From: an uncultured Planctomycetota bacterium
Lineage (GTDB): Bacteria > Planctomycetota > Planctomycetia > Isosphaerales > Isosphaeraceae
DNA: 64,000 nucleotides
NCBI GenBank assembly: GCA_963737655.1
Contig: CAVTTN010000002.1
Location: 2,944,001 to 3,008,000 of the forward strand
Direction: 5' to 3'
The notes beneath the pieces were generated by a model. The model worked only from the letters and a program-made list of their open reading frames with translations, ran no database searches and was not told where the DNA came from. Shown here in pieces: positions 1 to 10,850 of this stretch (position 1 is its first letter; the number at the start of each line of letters is the position of its first letter). A program made the translations under genes and the position numbers.

Positions 1-6
1 CTCTCG

Positions 7-970
<964 letters not shown>

Positions 971-986
971 GCGGAAAAGTGGCCGG

Positions 987-1070
987 GTGGCATGCTGACG
1001 TCCGCGTCAGCATGTCTTCGGCTTGGTTCCGACGTCTAAAAACATGCTTACGCGGACGTAAGCATGCCAC
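987..1070. repeat. REP-like inverted repeat pair, family A (GTGGCATGCT.ACG...), between convergent moxR and lgt
   Basis: gtggcatgctgacgtccgcgtcagcatgt ... acatgcttacgcggacgtaagcatgccac; related copies at 14485-14522 and 19345-19433. Confidence 0.85.
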
Positions 1071-1105
1071 ACGACCACGGTGATCCGGGACTCGCGGCCC
1101 TTGCG

Positions 1106-1963
1106 TCAAGCAACGGCCGAGGTCGCCGCTTCGGCCGGGGCGAGGGTGTCGATGAACCGGCCGGCTGGGCGGCTTCTCAGGTAGGCCCAGAAGGCCAGGC
1201 CCCCGGCGAAGATGCCGACGCTGATGGTTTGCGAGATCGTCATCCCGGCGAAGAACGAGCCTTCGTCGTCCCGGAGGATCTCGATCAGGAACCGGGTGAT
1301 CGGGTAGGTGACCATCAAGAGGGCCATGACCTCCCCGTCCTTCCTTCGGAACGGGTAGAAGGCCAGTAACAGGGCGAGCAGCAGGAAGCCGTCGAACGAG
1401 GAATAGAGCTGCGTGGGGTGGATCGGCAGCGATTTGGTGGCGGTCGCGGAGATCCAGCCCCGGTCGAACTGGTCGCCCCAGGGGATCGATTTGAAGGGGA
1501 ACCTGACGGCCCAGGGATACGCGCACTTGCCCCCGAAGCAGCAGCCGTTGAAGAAGCAGCCGAGGCGTCCGAACGCCACCCCCACGGCCAGCGCGGGCGC
1601 CACGACGTCCACCATCGGCAGGAACGGGAACGGCCTCATGAATCGGTAGAAGAGGAAGCCGGCGGCGCCCCCGAGGATGCTCCCATACAGGACGATCCCG
1701 CCTTTCCAGAAGGCGATGATGTCGCCGAGCGTCCTCATGTGCTCGTCGCCCCAGTATTCGATCACGAAGAACGCGCGGGCGCCGACCAGGCCGCCGAGGA
1801 TCAGCCAGAAGGCCAGGTCCCCGACCGTCTCCGGGTCCACCCCGCTGCGCCGGGCCTGCCTCGTGGCGATCGCCAGGGCGGACCACAGGGCCAAAACCAT
1901 CATCGCCCCGAAGCTGAAGACCTGCACCGAGGTCCCGGGGATCGTGAACAGGACGGACCTCAT
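1106..1963 (-). CDS. lgt: prolipoprotein diacylglyceryl transferase
   Basis: 'GLVGARAFFV', 'WKGGIVLYG', 'GRLGCFFNGCCFG', 'HPTQLY', 'RFLIEILR'; start taken at MRSVLF. Confidence 0.93.
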   Translation of the reverse strand: MRSVLFTIPGTSVQVFSFGAMMVLALWSALAIATRQARRSGVDPETVGDLAFWLILGGLVGARAFFVIEYWGDEHMRTLGDIIAFWKGGIVLYGSILGGAAGFLFYRFMRPFPFLPMVDVVAPALAVGVAFGRLGCFFNGCCFGGKCAYPWAVRFPFKSIPWGDQFDRGWISATATKSLPIHPTQLYSSFDGFLLLALLLAFYPFRRKDGEVMALLMVTYPITRFLIEILRDDEGSFFAGMTISQTISVGIFAGGLAFWAYLRSRPAGRFIDTLAPAEAATSAVA

Positions 1964-2014
1964 GGGCGGGTCTCGGAAGGCCGTTTGGGGGCGCGGGCGG
2001 GACCCGCGGACCAA

Positions 2015-2416
2015 TCACGCACCGGACCGGGCGGAAGCCGCCTGCCCGACCGGGACGTAATCGAGGGTTTCGACGATCCGGTTGCGGCTGTCGAGCGCGA
2101 CGACCCGGGGCTGGTGCCCCTCGACCTCGCTGGGGTCCATCATCGCGAAGGCCATGACGATCACGCGGTCGCCGACGGCGCCGATCCGGGCCATCGCGCC
2201 GTTGAGCTCGATCTGCCCCTCGCCGCGGATTCCGGGCAGGGCATACGTCTCGGCCCGCCCCCCGGTGGCGACGTTGCTCACCAGAATCGCCTCATACGGC
2301 AGGATGCCCACGGCGTCCATCAGGATCGGGTCGATCGTGAGGCTGCCGTGGTAATTCAGGTCGCTCCCCGAGACCGAGGCCAGGTGGAGCTTGCTCTTGA
2401 GGATCTTGACTTGCAT
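2015..2416 (-). CDS. panD: aspartate 1-decarboxylase
   Basis: 'KSKLH..V...DLNYHGSLTID' (G-S pyruvoyl cleavage site), 'ETYAL', 'LNGAMAR..GDRVIV'. Confidence 0.95.
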   Translation of the reverse strand: MQVKILKSKLHLASVSGSDLNYHGSLTIDPILMDAVGILPYEAILVSNVATGGRAETYALPGIRGEGQIELNGAMARIGAVGDRVIVMAFAMMDPSEVEGHQPRVVALDSRNRIVETLDYVPVGQAASARSGA

Positions 2417-3283
2417 TCAGGTCGGGTCCGGCAACTGGGCGTTATCGATCAATCGAGTCGTCCCGAACCGGACGGCCAGGAGGGCCACGGCCCTCCGCCC
2501 CGGTTCCAGGCGGTCCAGACGCTCCAGGGTCTCGGCGTCGGCGACCTCGGCGTAATCGATCCGGGCGTCCTCCTGGGATTCTATCCGGGAGCCCAAAATC
2601 TGTCGAACCCGGTCGGCCGATCGCTCGCCATTCCGGACCGCCTCGGCCGCCTCGCGCAACGCCGCGCTCAACACGCCGGCCGCCCGGCGATGCACCTCAT
2701 TCAAGTAGCGATTGCGGCTGCTCATGGCCAGGCCGTCGGCCTCCCGGACCGTCGGCACCGGGCGGATCGTCACCGGGACGTCCAGGTCGGCGACCATCTT
2801 GCGGATCACCTGGAGCTGCTGATAGTCCTTCTCGCCGAAGAACGCGAGATCGGGGCCGACGATCCCGAACAGCTTCAAGACGACCGTGGCCACGCCCCGG
2901 AAATGCCCCGGCCGGCTCGCCCCTTCGAGGGTCGTCGTCAGGCCGGAGACCTCGACGTAAGTCGAGAGCGGGCCGTGGGGATACATCTCCTCGACCGAAG
3001 GCGCGAAGACGATGTCCGCGCCGCCCTCTCCGCAAAGGAGGAGGTCGGCGTCGAGCGTCCGGGGGTAGCGGCCGAAGTCCTCGTGCGGGCCGAACTGCGA
3101 GGGGTTCACGAAGATCGAGGCCACGACGAAGCCGGACTCGGCCCGGGCCCGCTCGATCAGGCGGACGTGCCCGTCATGAAGCGCGCCCATCGTCGGGACG
3201 AATCCGACGCTCAGGCCCCGGGCCCGGGCCGACCGGACGGCCCGACGGACCTCGGCGATGGTGGCGAGCAGGGTTGGGGTCAC
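2417..3283 (-). CDS. panC: pantoate--beta-alanine ligase
   Basis: 'GFVPTMGALHDGH', 'SIFVNPSQF', 'RPGHFRGV', 'FGEKDYQQ', 'DGLAMSSRN', 'RLIDN'; GTG start at 3283 inferred. Confidence 0.96.
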   Translation of the reverse strand: MTPTLLATIAEVRRAVRSARARGLSVGFVPTMGALHDGHVRLIERARAESGFVVASIFVNPSQFGPHEDFGRYPRTLDADLLLCGEGGADIVFAPSVEEMYPHGPLSTYVEVSGLTTTLEGASRPGHFRGVATVVLKLFGIVGPDLAFFGEKDYQQLQVIRKMVADLDVPVTIRPVPTVREADGLAMSSRNRYLNEVHRRAAGVLSAALREAAEAVRNGERSADRVRQILGSRIESQEDARIDYAEVADAETLERLDRLEPGRRAVALLAVRFGTTRLIDNAQLPDPT

Positions 3284-3548
3284 ATTCGGCCTCCGATTCG
3301 CGAGGGATTCATTCGTCGGAGGGTGGCTCGGGATTGGCCGGGCGTTCCGTCCCCCGGGGTCGGTTCTCCTTTCCGGTCGGCCGGGGCCCGTCGCCGTTTC
3401 CTCGGCCGGACGAGAAGGAAATGGCCCCGGAACGTTCCCACTCCCCCGGCGACTTCCCTCGTACAATACGGTATCGTGCGGGTTCGGGGTCGCCCGGTCA
3501 AGGTCGGGAGGAGGGGCCGGATCGGCCCCGCCTGGGGGGTTCTCTCGG

Positions 3549-5252
3549 ATGGAACGACTCACCGAGGACCATCGCTCCTGCGACGAGGTCGAGACGCGTG
3601 CCGCGCTGATCGCCTCGGAGAAGCGGGCCCGGGCCCTGTTCGAGGGGATCGAGGACTCGGTCTTCGTCCACGACCTGGACGGCAAGATCCTCGACGCCAA
3701 CCCCGCCGCCAGCCGCCGGCTGGGCTACACCCGGGAAGAGTTCCTCAAGCTCAACACGCGGGACATCGACGCCCCGGAGTTCGCCCAGGGGTTCGAGGAC
3801 CGGCTCCACTCCCAGCTCTCCTGCGGCCACCTCCACTGCGAGGGCCGCCACCGGACCAAGGACGGCCGGGTCTTCCCCGTGGACATCAACACCTCGACGA
3901 TCCAGCTGGAAGACCGGCGCGTCGTCGTGGCCGTGATCCGCGACATCACCGAGCGCAAGGCCCTGGAGCAGGCCCGGATCGCCTTCGCCGAGGCGAGGGA
4001 GGCCCACGCCCGCGACATGGAAGAGCAGTCCGCGGCGCTGGCCCAGTCCGAGGAACGATACCGCAAGCTGACCGAGGGGCTGCTCGACGCCGTGGTCGTC
4101 GCCGATCCCGACTCGACGGTCACCCTCTACAACCCGGCCGCCGAACGGGCCTTCGGGTTCGAGCCCGCGGAGGTCCTGGGCCGCCCGCTGGCCGTCCTGC
4201 TGCCGGTGGCCGATCGCGGCGACTCGGCGCCGGACCTGGAAGGAGCCCTGCGGACCAATGCCCCGGAGGTCGTCGGCCGGACGTTCGAGCTCCTCGGACG
4301 GCGGAAGAACGGCGAGGTCTTCCCCCTGGAGATCTCGCTGAGCTCGGTCGAGACGGCCGAGGGCCTCCAGTTCGTCGGCTCGATCCGCGACCAGACCGAG
4401 CGGCAGAGGATGCGAGACCTGGTGACCCAGTCCGACCGCCTCGCCTCGATCGGCCTCCTGAGCGCGGGGGTGGCCCACGAGATCAATAACCCCCTGGCCT
4501 TCATCGCCAACAACCTGGCGGTCCTGGAGCGCGACCTCTCGGGCGTCCTGGAGATCGTCGCGGCGTATGAAGAGGCCGACGGGGCCCTGGAAACGGCCGC
4601 GCCCGAGGCGCTCCGCAAGGTCCGGGAGGCCCGCGAGGAGCTCGATTGGGACTACGTCCGGACCAACCTCGGCCGGATGCTGGGGCGGACCCGCGAAGGG
4701 GTCTCGCGGGTGGCGTCGATCGTCCAGACCCTCCGAGGGCTCGCCCGGACGGCCCCCCCGAAGCTGGAGCCGGCCTCCCTCGGCTCGATCCTCGCCGGCG
4801 CCCTGGAGCTGATCCAGGGCCGGGCCCGCCGATTGGGGATCGCCCTGACCGTGCCTTCGGGACCGGAGGCGGAGGAAAAAATCCTCTGCGTCCCCACCCA
4901 GATCAGCCAGGTCCTCCTGAACCTGATCGTCAACGCGGTCCAGGCGATCGAGGCGAAAGGGCCGGTCGAGGGGGATCGCATCGACCTCACCATCCGGCGA
5001 TCCGGCGGGTTCCGAGCGGTCGAGATCCGCGACACCGGCGGAGGGATCGACCCCGAGGCCGTCCCCCGCCTGTTCGACCCGTTCTTCACCACCAAGCCCG
5101 TCGGCGAGGGGACCGGGCTCGGCCTCTCCATCTCCCACGGGATCATCCAGGGCCACGGGGGGCGGATCGAGGTCGAAAATCGGCCTGGACAGGGCGCGAC
5201 ATTCCGGGTCTTGTTGCCCGATCGGCGGCCGTCCGGGGCTTCGGGTGCATGA
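3549..5252 (+). CDS. PAS-PAS sensor histidine kinase (cytoplasmic)
   Basis: two PAS/PAC domains, H-box 'GVAHEINNPL', 'QVLLNLIVNA', 'DTGGGI', 'FDPFFTTKPVGEGTGLGLSI'. Confidence 0.93.
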   Translation: MERLTEDHRSCDEVETRAALIASEKRARALFEGIEDSVFVHDLDGKILDANPAASRRLGYTREEFLKLNTRDIDAPEFAQGFEDRLHSQLSCGHLHCEGRHRTKDGRVFPVDINTSTIQLEDRRVVVAVIRDITERKALEQARIAFAEAREAHARDMEEQSAALAQSEERYRKLTEGLLDAVVVADPDSTVTLYNPAAERAFGFEPAEVLGRPLAVLLPVADRGDSAPDLEGALRTNAPEVVGRTFELLGRRKNGEVFPLEISLSSVETAEGLQFVGSIRDQTERQRMRDLVTQSDRLASIGLLSAGVAHEINNPLAFIANNLAVLERDLSGVLEIVAAYEEADGALETAAPEALRKVREAREELDWDYVRTNLGRMLGRTREGVSRVASIVQTLRGLARTAPPKLEPASLGSILAGALELIQGRARRLGIALTVPSGPEAEEKILCVPTQISQVLLNLIVNAVQAIEAKGPVEGDRIDLTIRRSGGFRAVEIRDTGGGIDPEAVPRLFDPFFTTKPVGEGTGLGLSISHGIIQGHGGRIEVENRPGQGATFRVLLPDRRPSGASGA

Positions 5253-5520
5253 AATGGATCTTCTTCTGTTCCGTTGAAAACCCTGGTGGGGATGAGACAT
5301 CCAGTAGGTCCGACTTCAGTCGGGCCTGCGGAAATCTCTCATTCGGTAGGCCCGACTGAAGTCGGACGGACTCGATCGACTGCTTTGAAGGGGTTTTCTA
5401 ATCCGGAACCCTCTTCTCTTTTCGCGAGCGAGGCGGAGCGGACGCCGGTTGGCTCGGAAGAAAGAGCCTATCTTCTCCCATCAAGTCTACGCGTGGAACC
5501 GGTGCATCCCATGCACCCGA
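5241..5520. repeat. nested REP-like element: outer family-B pair (5241-5260 / 5501-5520) enclosing a GTAG-type inner pair (~5304-5367)
   Basis: tcgggtgcatgaaatg ... ggtgcatcccatgcacccga; inner gtaggtccgacttcagtcgggcc ... ggcccgactgaagtcggac. Confidence 0.7.
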
Positions 5521-5524
5521 TGAG

Positions 5525-6031
5525 ATGAAACTCATGAGCGGACGCCACAAGCATTGCCTCCTCGTCGTGGACGACGAGCCCGACGTCTGCGATTCGGTGC
5601 ACGACCTCCTCCGCCGGGAATTCCGCGTCCTGAAGGCCCACGGGGCGAAGGAGGGATTCCGCCTGATGCAGGAGGAGGAGGTGCATATCATCATGACCGA
5701 CCAGAGGATGCCGCAGATCACCGGCGTCGAGCTCCTCGAATCGATCAAGACCCGCAACCCGATGGCCGTCCGCCTGCTGTTCACCGGCTACGCGGACCTG
5801 GAATCGATCGTCGCGGCGATCAACCAGGGGCATATCTACCAGTTCCTGAAGAAGCCCTGGCAGCCGGAGGAGCTGCTCCTGGCGGTGAGGACCGCCGCCA
5901 TCGAATACGACCGGATGGTGGCCGAGGCCGAGGAGGCCGACCGGCTCCGCGAGGAGGTCGGCGGCCTGAAGCTGAGGGTCTCGGCCCTGGAGGGGGAGGT
6001 CCGTCGCCTCGGCGGCCTTTTGCCCGAATGA
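5525..6031 (+). CDS. response regulator (receiver domain plus C-terminal coiled coil)
   Basis: 'LLVVDDE', 'IIMTDQRMP', 'LFTGYAD', 'FLKKPW'. Confidence 0.9.
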   Translation: MKLMSGRHKHCLLVVDDEPDVCDSVHDLLRREFRVLKAHGAKEGFRLMQEEEVHIIMTDQRMPQITGVELLESIKTRNPMAVRLLFTGYADLESIVAAINQGHIYQFLKKPWQPEELLLAVRTAAIEYDRMVAEAEEADRLREEVGGLKLRVSALEGEVRRLGGLLPE

Positions 6032-7319
6032 CCGCGACGATCGTCCCCCCCTCGCCGGCCCTCGCCCCGACGCGCCGCCACGGCCTCCTGATCGTGGACG
6101 ACGAGCGCGACGTCCTGGAGAGCCTCCGCCACCTGTTCCACCGCCGCTATCGCGTCTTCACGGCCGACAACGGCGCCGACGCGTTGAAGCTCGTCGATCG
6201 CGAGGACGTCCACGTCATCCTGTCCGACCAGAGGATGCCCGGGATGCCCGGCGACGTCTTCCTCGGCCGGGTCCGCCAGAGCCATCCGGACATCGTCCGC
6301 CTCCTGTTCACCGGCTACGCCGAGATCCAGACGGTGATCAGCGCCGTGAACCAGGGCGGGATCTTCCGCTACCTCCACAAGCCCTGGGACGCCGACGAGA
6401 TCCAGTCCGTGGTGGCCCAGGCGGCCGAGCAATTCGAGCTGTTGGCCGAGCGGCGGAGGCTCGTCGGCGAGCTCCAGGGCGCCAACGCCCGGTTGATCGA
6501 GGCCAACCGCGTCCTGGCCGAGAACGACCAGCTCAAGACCGCGTTCCTGGAAGTCGCCAGCCACGAATTCAACACGCCGATCACGGTCGTCCAGGGCCTC
6601 AGCGAGCTCCTGAAGCTGGTGAACCCCGACCGGGACGAGGCCGAGCGGCAGATCGTCGAGCAGATCGCCGACTCCGCCGGCCAGCTCGCCCGGCTCGTGG
6701 GGACCATGCTCAAGCTCCTCCGCGCCGGCGACTTCCGCAATCCGTTGCGGCTGGAGACGACGGACCTCGCCGCCCTGTTGCGGGAGGTGGCGGCCTCGGC
6801 CGGCCCGTTCGTGGCGGCCCGGCATCTGGAGTTCGTGGTCGATGTCGGCGAGTCGCTCGGGCCGTTCACGATCGACCGCGACAAGGTCCGCGACGCCGTG
6901 GTGAACCTGGTGTCCAACGCGATCAAGTTCACGCCCGACGGCGGCCTCGTGGCCCTGTCCGCCCGCCTGGTCGGGCCGGACCTGGCCGAGATCGAGGTCT
7001 CGGACCAGGGGATCGGCCTGGAGCCCGGGCCCTGGCGCGACTGTTCGAGCCATTCTTTACAGAATTCGATCCGGCCACGCATTCGACGGGCGACTTCGGG
7101 TTCCGCAAACGCGGCCTGGGCCTGGGCTTGAGCCTGGTCAAGCGGTTCATCGAGATGCACGGCGGCACCGTCCGGGCCGAGAGCGAACCGGACCGGGGGA
7201 CCCGGATTCTCGCCCTTCTGCCGCGATCTCCGCATCAAGGCGCGCCGGATGCCGTACAATTGCGGGAGGAGGGTCGTCCCCGTCTCGCCCCCGACGCGAC
7301 CCCGCCCGCTCCCTCGTGA
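6028..7319 (+). CDS. hybrid receiver-histidine kinase (frameshift near 7030)
   Basis: receiver 'LIVDDE...SDQRMP...KPW', H-box 'ASHEFNTP', 'NLVSNAIKFT', 'DQGIG'; 'LFEPFF...GLGLGLSLVK..IEMHGG' continues in the shifted frame. Confidence 0.88.
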
Positions 7320-7329
7320 GAGATCGCTG

Positions 7330-7689
7330 ATGCCGACCGCCCTGATCGTCGAGGACGAGCCCGACGCCAACCGCCTCCTGGCGATGATCGTCCAGCTCAA
7401 GGGGTTCACGACCCGCTCCGCCTTCACCGGCAGCGAGGCCCTGGCCCTGGTGGACGAGGACCCGCCGGACGTCGTCTTCCTCGACCTCATGCTCCCCGAT
7501 ACCAACGGCTTCGAGGTCTGCCGGACCATCAAGTCCCGACCCGAGACCTCCAAGGTCCCGGTCGTGATGGTCACCGCCCGCCTCGCCGAGGAGAACCGAG
7601 CCAAGTCCCTCCAGGTCGGCGCCGACGAGTTCATCCCCAAGCCCTACACGCCCAATCAGATCTTCGAGGCGCTGGCCGCCATCAAGTAG
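7330..7689 (+). CDS. single-domain response regulator
   Basis: 'LIVEDE', 'VFLDLMLPDTNGF', 'VMVTA', 'FIPKPY'. Confidence 0.9.
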   Translation: MPTALIVEDEPDANRLLAMIVQLKGFTTRSAFTGSEALALVDEDPPDVVFLDLMLPDTNGFEVCRTIKSRPETSKVPVVMVTARLAEENRAKSLQVGADEFIPKPYTPNQIFEALAAIK

Positions 7690-7772
7690 GGTGCATGAAA
7701 TGCACCAATCTGCATTGATCCTTTGTGTGTCGGCGCGGAGGCGTTGAAATCGGTGCATTTCATGCACCCTAC
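7686..7772. repeat. GTAG-type REP doublet (family B) between convergent genes
   Basis: gtagggtgcatgaaatgcacc (7686-7706) and its exact reverse complement (7752-7772); single copy also at ~18094-18114. Confidence 0.9.
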
Positions 7773-9201
7773 ACGGGATAGACCACCTGCAACGTCGCCT
7801 GAAGTGCCATCGTCCCCAGCCCTACGAGCAAGACGGTCAACCCGAGAGCCACTTTCCCCCCCCCGAGCCGCCCGATCCCGGCCCCGCTCGCGGCCAGCAA
7901 CCCCGGCAGGAACGGGAGCCAGAGCCGGGCCACCTCGCTCCGGTTCTTCCCGCTGACCTCCAGGATCAGGACGACTGCCGCGACCGCCACCGCCCCTCTC
8001 GGCCGGCCCGTCCCCGCCAGCCCCACGACCGCCCAGGCGAACGCGGGCAAGCCCATCGCCACCGCCAGCTCCAAAACGTTCGCCGCCAGCCACGGGAAAT
8101 AGCTCCTCGGGTGCTCGACGTAGAACCGCCCGTGGTTCCTCGCGTTCCACCACCAGATTTCAAACGGATTGGCCCGGGAGATCGCCCAGACGGCCAGGGT
8201 GATCCCGAGGAACCCGAGGCCCGTCGCCAGCAAGCCGACGACCCGCGAACGGATCGGCCCGGCTCGTCCGGCGATCACGATCCCGACGGCCAGCCCCACC
8301 GCCAGGAACGCCAGGGTCATCTGCATCCCGAGCCCCAGCGCGACCCCCGCCAGGAACGCCGGGATCGGCCGGCCTCGCGCCGCCAGCGCCAGGGCGAGCG
8401 TCGAAATCAAGGGGAACACGGTGTCGGCCGTCGGATGGAACAGGATCGCCGAGGGGACGACCGGCCAGATCGCGGCCGACGCCCACGCCGACCGGGCCGG
8501 CAGGCCGCTCCTCGCCAGGGCATACAGCGGCGCGACCACGGCCGAGCAGAGCAGAAGGCTGAGCGCCCCTGGAGCGCCAGGGCCGCGCGCTCGGCCCGGG
8601 GCTGGGGGCCGAGGAACACGCGGAACCCCCGGGCCACCTCGTCCGGGATGGACTCGTCCACCAGTTTCGCCGCGCCGGGGTTCGCCTCCATCGCCGAGAG
8701 CAGCCCCTTCGACACCAGGAACAGCCCCGGCGGATGCGTGCCGATGTGGAGGGCATCTTGCGTCCGGATCCACGACGGATAGTCCGCCCAGAACCGCCAG
8801 GGATCGGCCATCTCGCGGCGGGCGACCTCGTGATACCCGCTCGACCCGTGCATCCCCAGCGTGACCCATCGCGTGAGGCCCTGGCCCGTCGGAGCGGCCC
8901 ACGGGATCGCCACCTGAACGAACACCCCCGCCGCGACCAGCCCGCCCACCATTCCAATTTCGCGGCCTCGCGACGGGCCTTCGCCCATCATCCCCCAGCC
9001 CATCGCCACGAATCCGCAATACGCGACCAAGCCCACAAAAGCCAGCAAAACGCCCACCATCGGCGCAGGATCGCCCGAGGGCCGCGACCAGACCCATTCG
9101 CCCGGCACCCCCGCCGGCAGCCCACCCCACCGCAGCATGGCCAAGACCGCCGCCGAGGCCACCGCCCCCAGAATCAGCACCCCCAAGCATCGTCGGTTCA
9201 T
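7769..9201 (-). CDS. multi-pass membrane protein, probable GT-C (PMT/GT39-like) glycosyltransferase (frameshift near 8560)
   Basis: many hydrophobic segments, 'HIGTHPPG' and 'SEVARLWLPF' motifs; N-half in ORF 8407..10911 frame, C-half in ORF 7769..9364 frame. Confidence 0.6.
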
Positions 9202-9262
9202 GGCCGACCATCCTACCGCCAGGACCGCCCGAAAGGCAGTTCTCACCGCCCACTGCTTTCCA

Positions 9263-9384
9263 CCCACTGCCCACTGCCCACTGCCCACTGCCCACTGCTC
9301 GGTCCACTGCCCACTGCTCGGTCCACTGCCCACTGCTCGGTCCACTGCCCACTGCTCGGTCCACTGCCCACTGCTCGGTCCACT
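9263..9384. repeat. tandem repeat: (CCCACTG)x5 merging into (CCACTGCCCACTGCTCGGT)x5
   Basis: heptamers 9263-9297; perfect 19-mers 9285-9379; no spacers. Confidence 0.95.
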
Positions 9385-9456
9385 TCCCGGTTGCGAACGG
9401 CCGTCGGGGATGGTCTGATCGGCTCGGACCGCCGAACCGTTGTCGAGGGCCTCGCG

Positions 9457-10848
9457 ATGCACATCGAACCGCCCGCCCCCGCGTCCGCCGACGATGGCGG
9501 AGGCCCGTGGTATCGGGGCCTCACGCGCTACCATTACTTCGTCCTGATCGTCGCCGCCCTGGGCTGGCTGTTCGACACGATGGACCAGCAATTGTTCACC
9601 CTGGCGCGCACCCCCGCGCTCGCCGAGCTCTTGAAGAAGGCCGAGAGCGACCCGAAGCTCGGCGACTACGAGGGCCTGGCGACCATGATCTTCATGATCG
9701 GCTGGGCCTCCGGGGGGATCGTCTTCGGGATCATGGGCGACCGCGTCGGCCGGGCCCGGACCATGCTCCTGACCATCCTGATCTACTCCGTGTTCACCGG
9801 CCTGAGCGCCCTGTCGCAGGGCTTCCTCGACTTCGTCGCCTATCGCTTCCTGACCGGCCTGGGCGTCGGCGGCGAGTTCGCCGTCGGCGTCTCGCTCGTG
9901 GCCGAGGTCATGCCCGATCGCGCCCGGCCCCGCGCCCTGGGATGGGTCCAGGCCAGCTCCGCGCTGGGCAACATGATCGCCGGGGGCATCGGCATCGGCT
10001 TCGGCCTGTTCCTCAGCTCGAAGAACGTCGGCGGCGCGTGGCGAGGCATGTTCGTCGTCGGGATGCTCCCCGCCCTGCTGGTGATCTTCATCCGCAGGAG
10101 GCTGAAGGAGCCCGAACGGTGGGAAAAGACCGCCGCGACCGGCGACGAGCGCAAGCTCGGCTCGATCTCCGAGCTGTTCGGCGACCCCCGATGGCGCCGG
10201 AACACGATCGTGGGGATGCTCCTGGCGTTCTCGGGGGTCGTCGGCCTCTGGGGGATCGGCTTCTTCGCCCCGAGATTGATCCGCACCGTGTTCGACCAGA
10301 CGTTCAGGGACGAGGGCCTCCGCCTCGGCCTCGACGGCTCCGCCCTGGCCGAATACATCAAGGGCCGCAAGACCCTGTGGACCGGAATCACCTCGCTGAT
10401 CCAGAATTTCGGCGCCTTCTGGGGCGCGTACACCTTCAGCCGGATCACCCAGAGGACCGGCCGCAAGCCCGCGTTCGCCGTCTCGTTCGTCCTGGCGATG
10501 GGTTCCACGGCATTCACGTTCTGGTATCTGAGCAAATTCTCGGATATTTTCTGGATGATCCCGATCATGGGGTTCTGCCAGATGACGCTCTTCGGCGGCT
10601 ATGCGATCTACTTCCCCGAGCTCTTCCCGACGAGGCTGAGGAGCACGGGCACGTCGTTCTGCTACAACGTCGGCCGGCTGGTGGCGGCGGTCGGCCCGCT
10701 GGCGCTCGGGAAGCTGGAAAGCGTGGTGTATCAGGGCTACTCGCAGCCGCTGAGATACGCCGGGGTCACGATGTGCAGCGTCTTCCTGATCGGCCTGTGC
10801 GCCCTGCCGTTCGCCCCCGAGACCCGGGGCAAGCCGTTGCCGGAATGA
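9457..10848 (+). CDS. MFS transporter (sialate/organic-acid-like subfamily)
   Basis: 'GWLFDTMD', motif A 'GIMGDRVGRAR', 'RFLTGLGVGGEF', 'PELFPTRLRSTG', 'APETRGK'. Confidence 0.92.
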   Translation: MHIEPPAPASADDGGGPWYRGLTRYHYFVLIVAALGWLFDTMDQQLFTLARTPALAELLKKAESDPKLGDYEGLATMIFMIGWASGGIVFGIMGDRVGRARTMLLTILIYSVFTGLSALSQGFLDFVAYRFLTGLGVGGEFAVGVSLVAEVMPDRARPRALGWVQASSALGNMIAGGIGIGFGLFLSSKNVGGAWRGMFVVGMLPALLVIFIRRRLKEPERWEKTAATGDERKLGSISELFGDPRWRRNTIVGMLLAFSGVVGLWGIGFFAPRLIRTVFDQTFRDEGLRLGLDGSALAEYIKGRKTLWTGITSLIQNFGAFWGAYTFSRITQRTGRKPAFAVSFVLAMGSTAFTFWYLSKFSDIFWMIPIMGFCQMTLFGGYAIYFPELFPTRLRSTGTSFCYNVGRLVAAVGPLALGKLESVVYQGYSQPLRYAGVTMCSVFLIGLCALPFAPETRGKPLPE

Positions 10849-10850
10849 GG

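Noticed and set aside
1418..4489. 1023-aa ORF, and similar long Arg/Gly/Pro-rich ORFs such as 55910..59824 and 8407..10911
   Set aside because: They are alternative-frame artefacts of high GC. Only the segments noted as frameshifted parts of real genes are credible.
9263..9384. Possible CRISPR array
   Set aside because: The units are contiguous 7- and 19-mers with no unique spacers, and no cas genes are present in the window.
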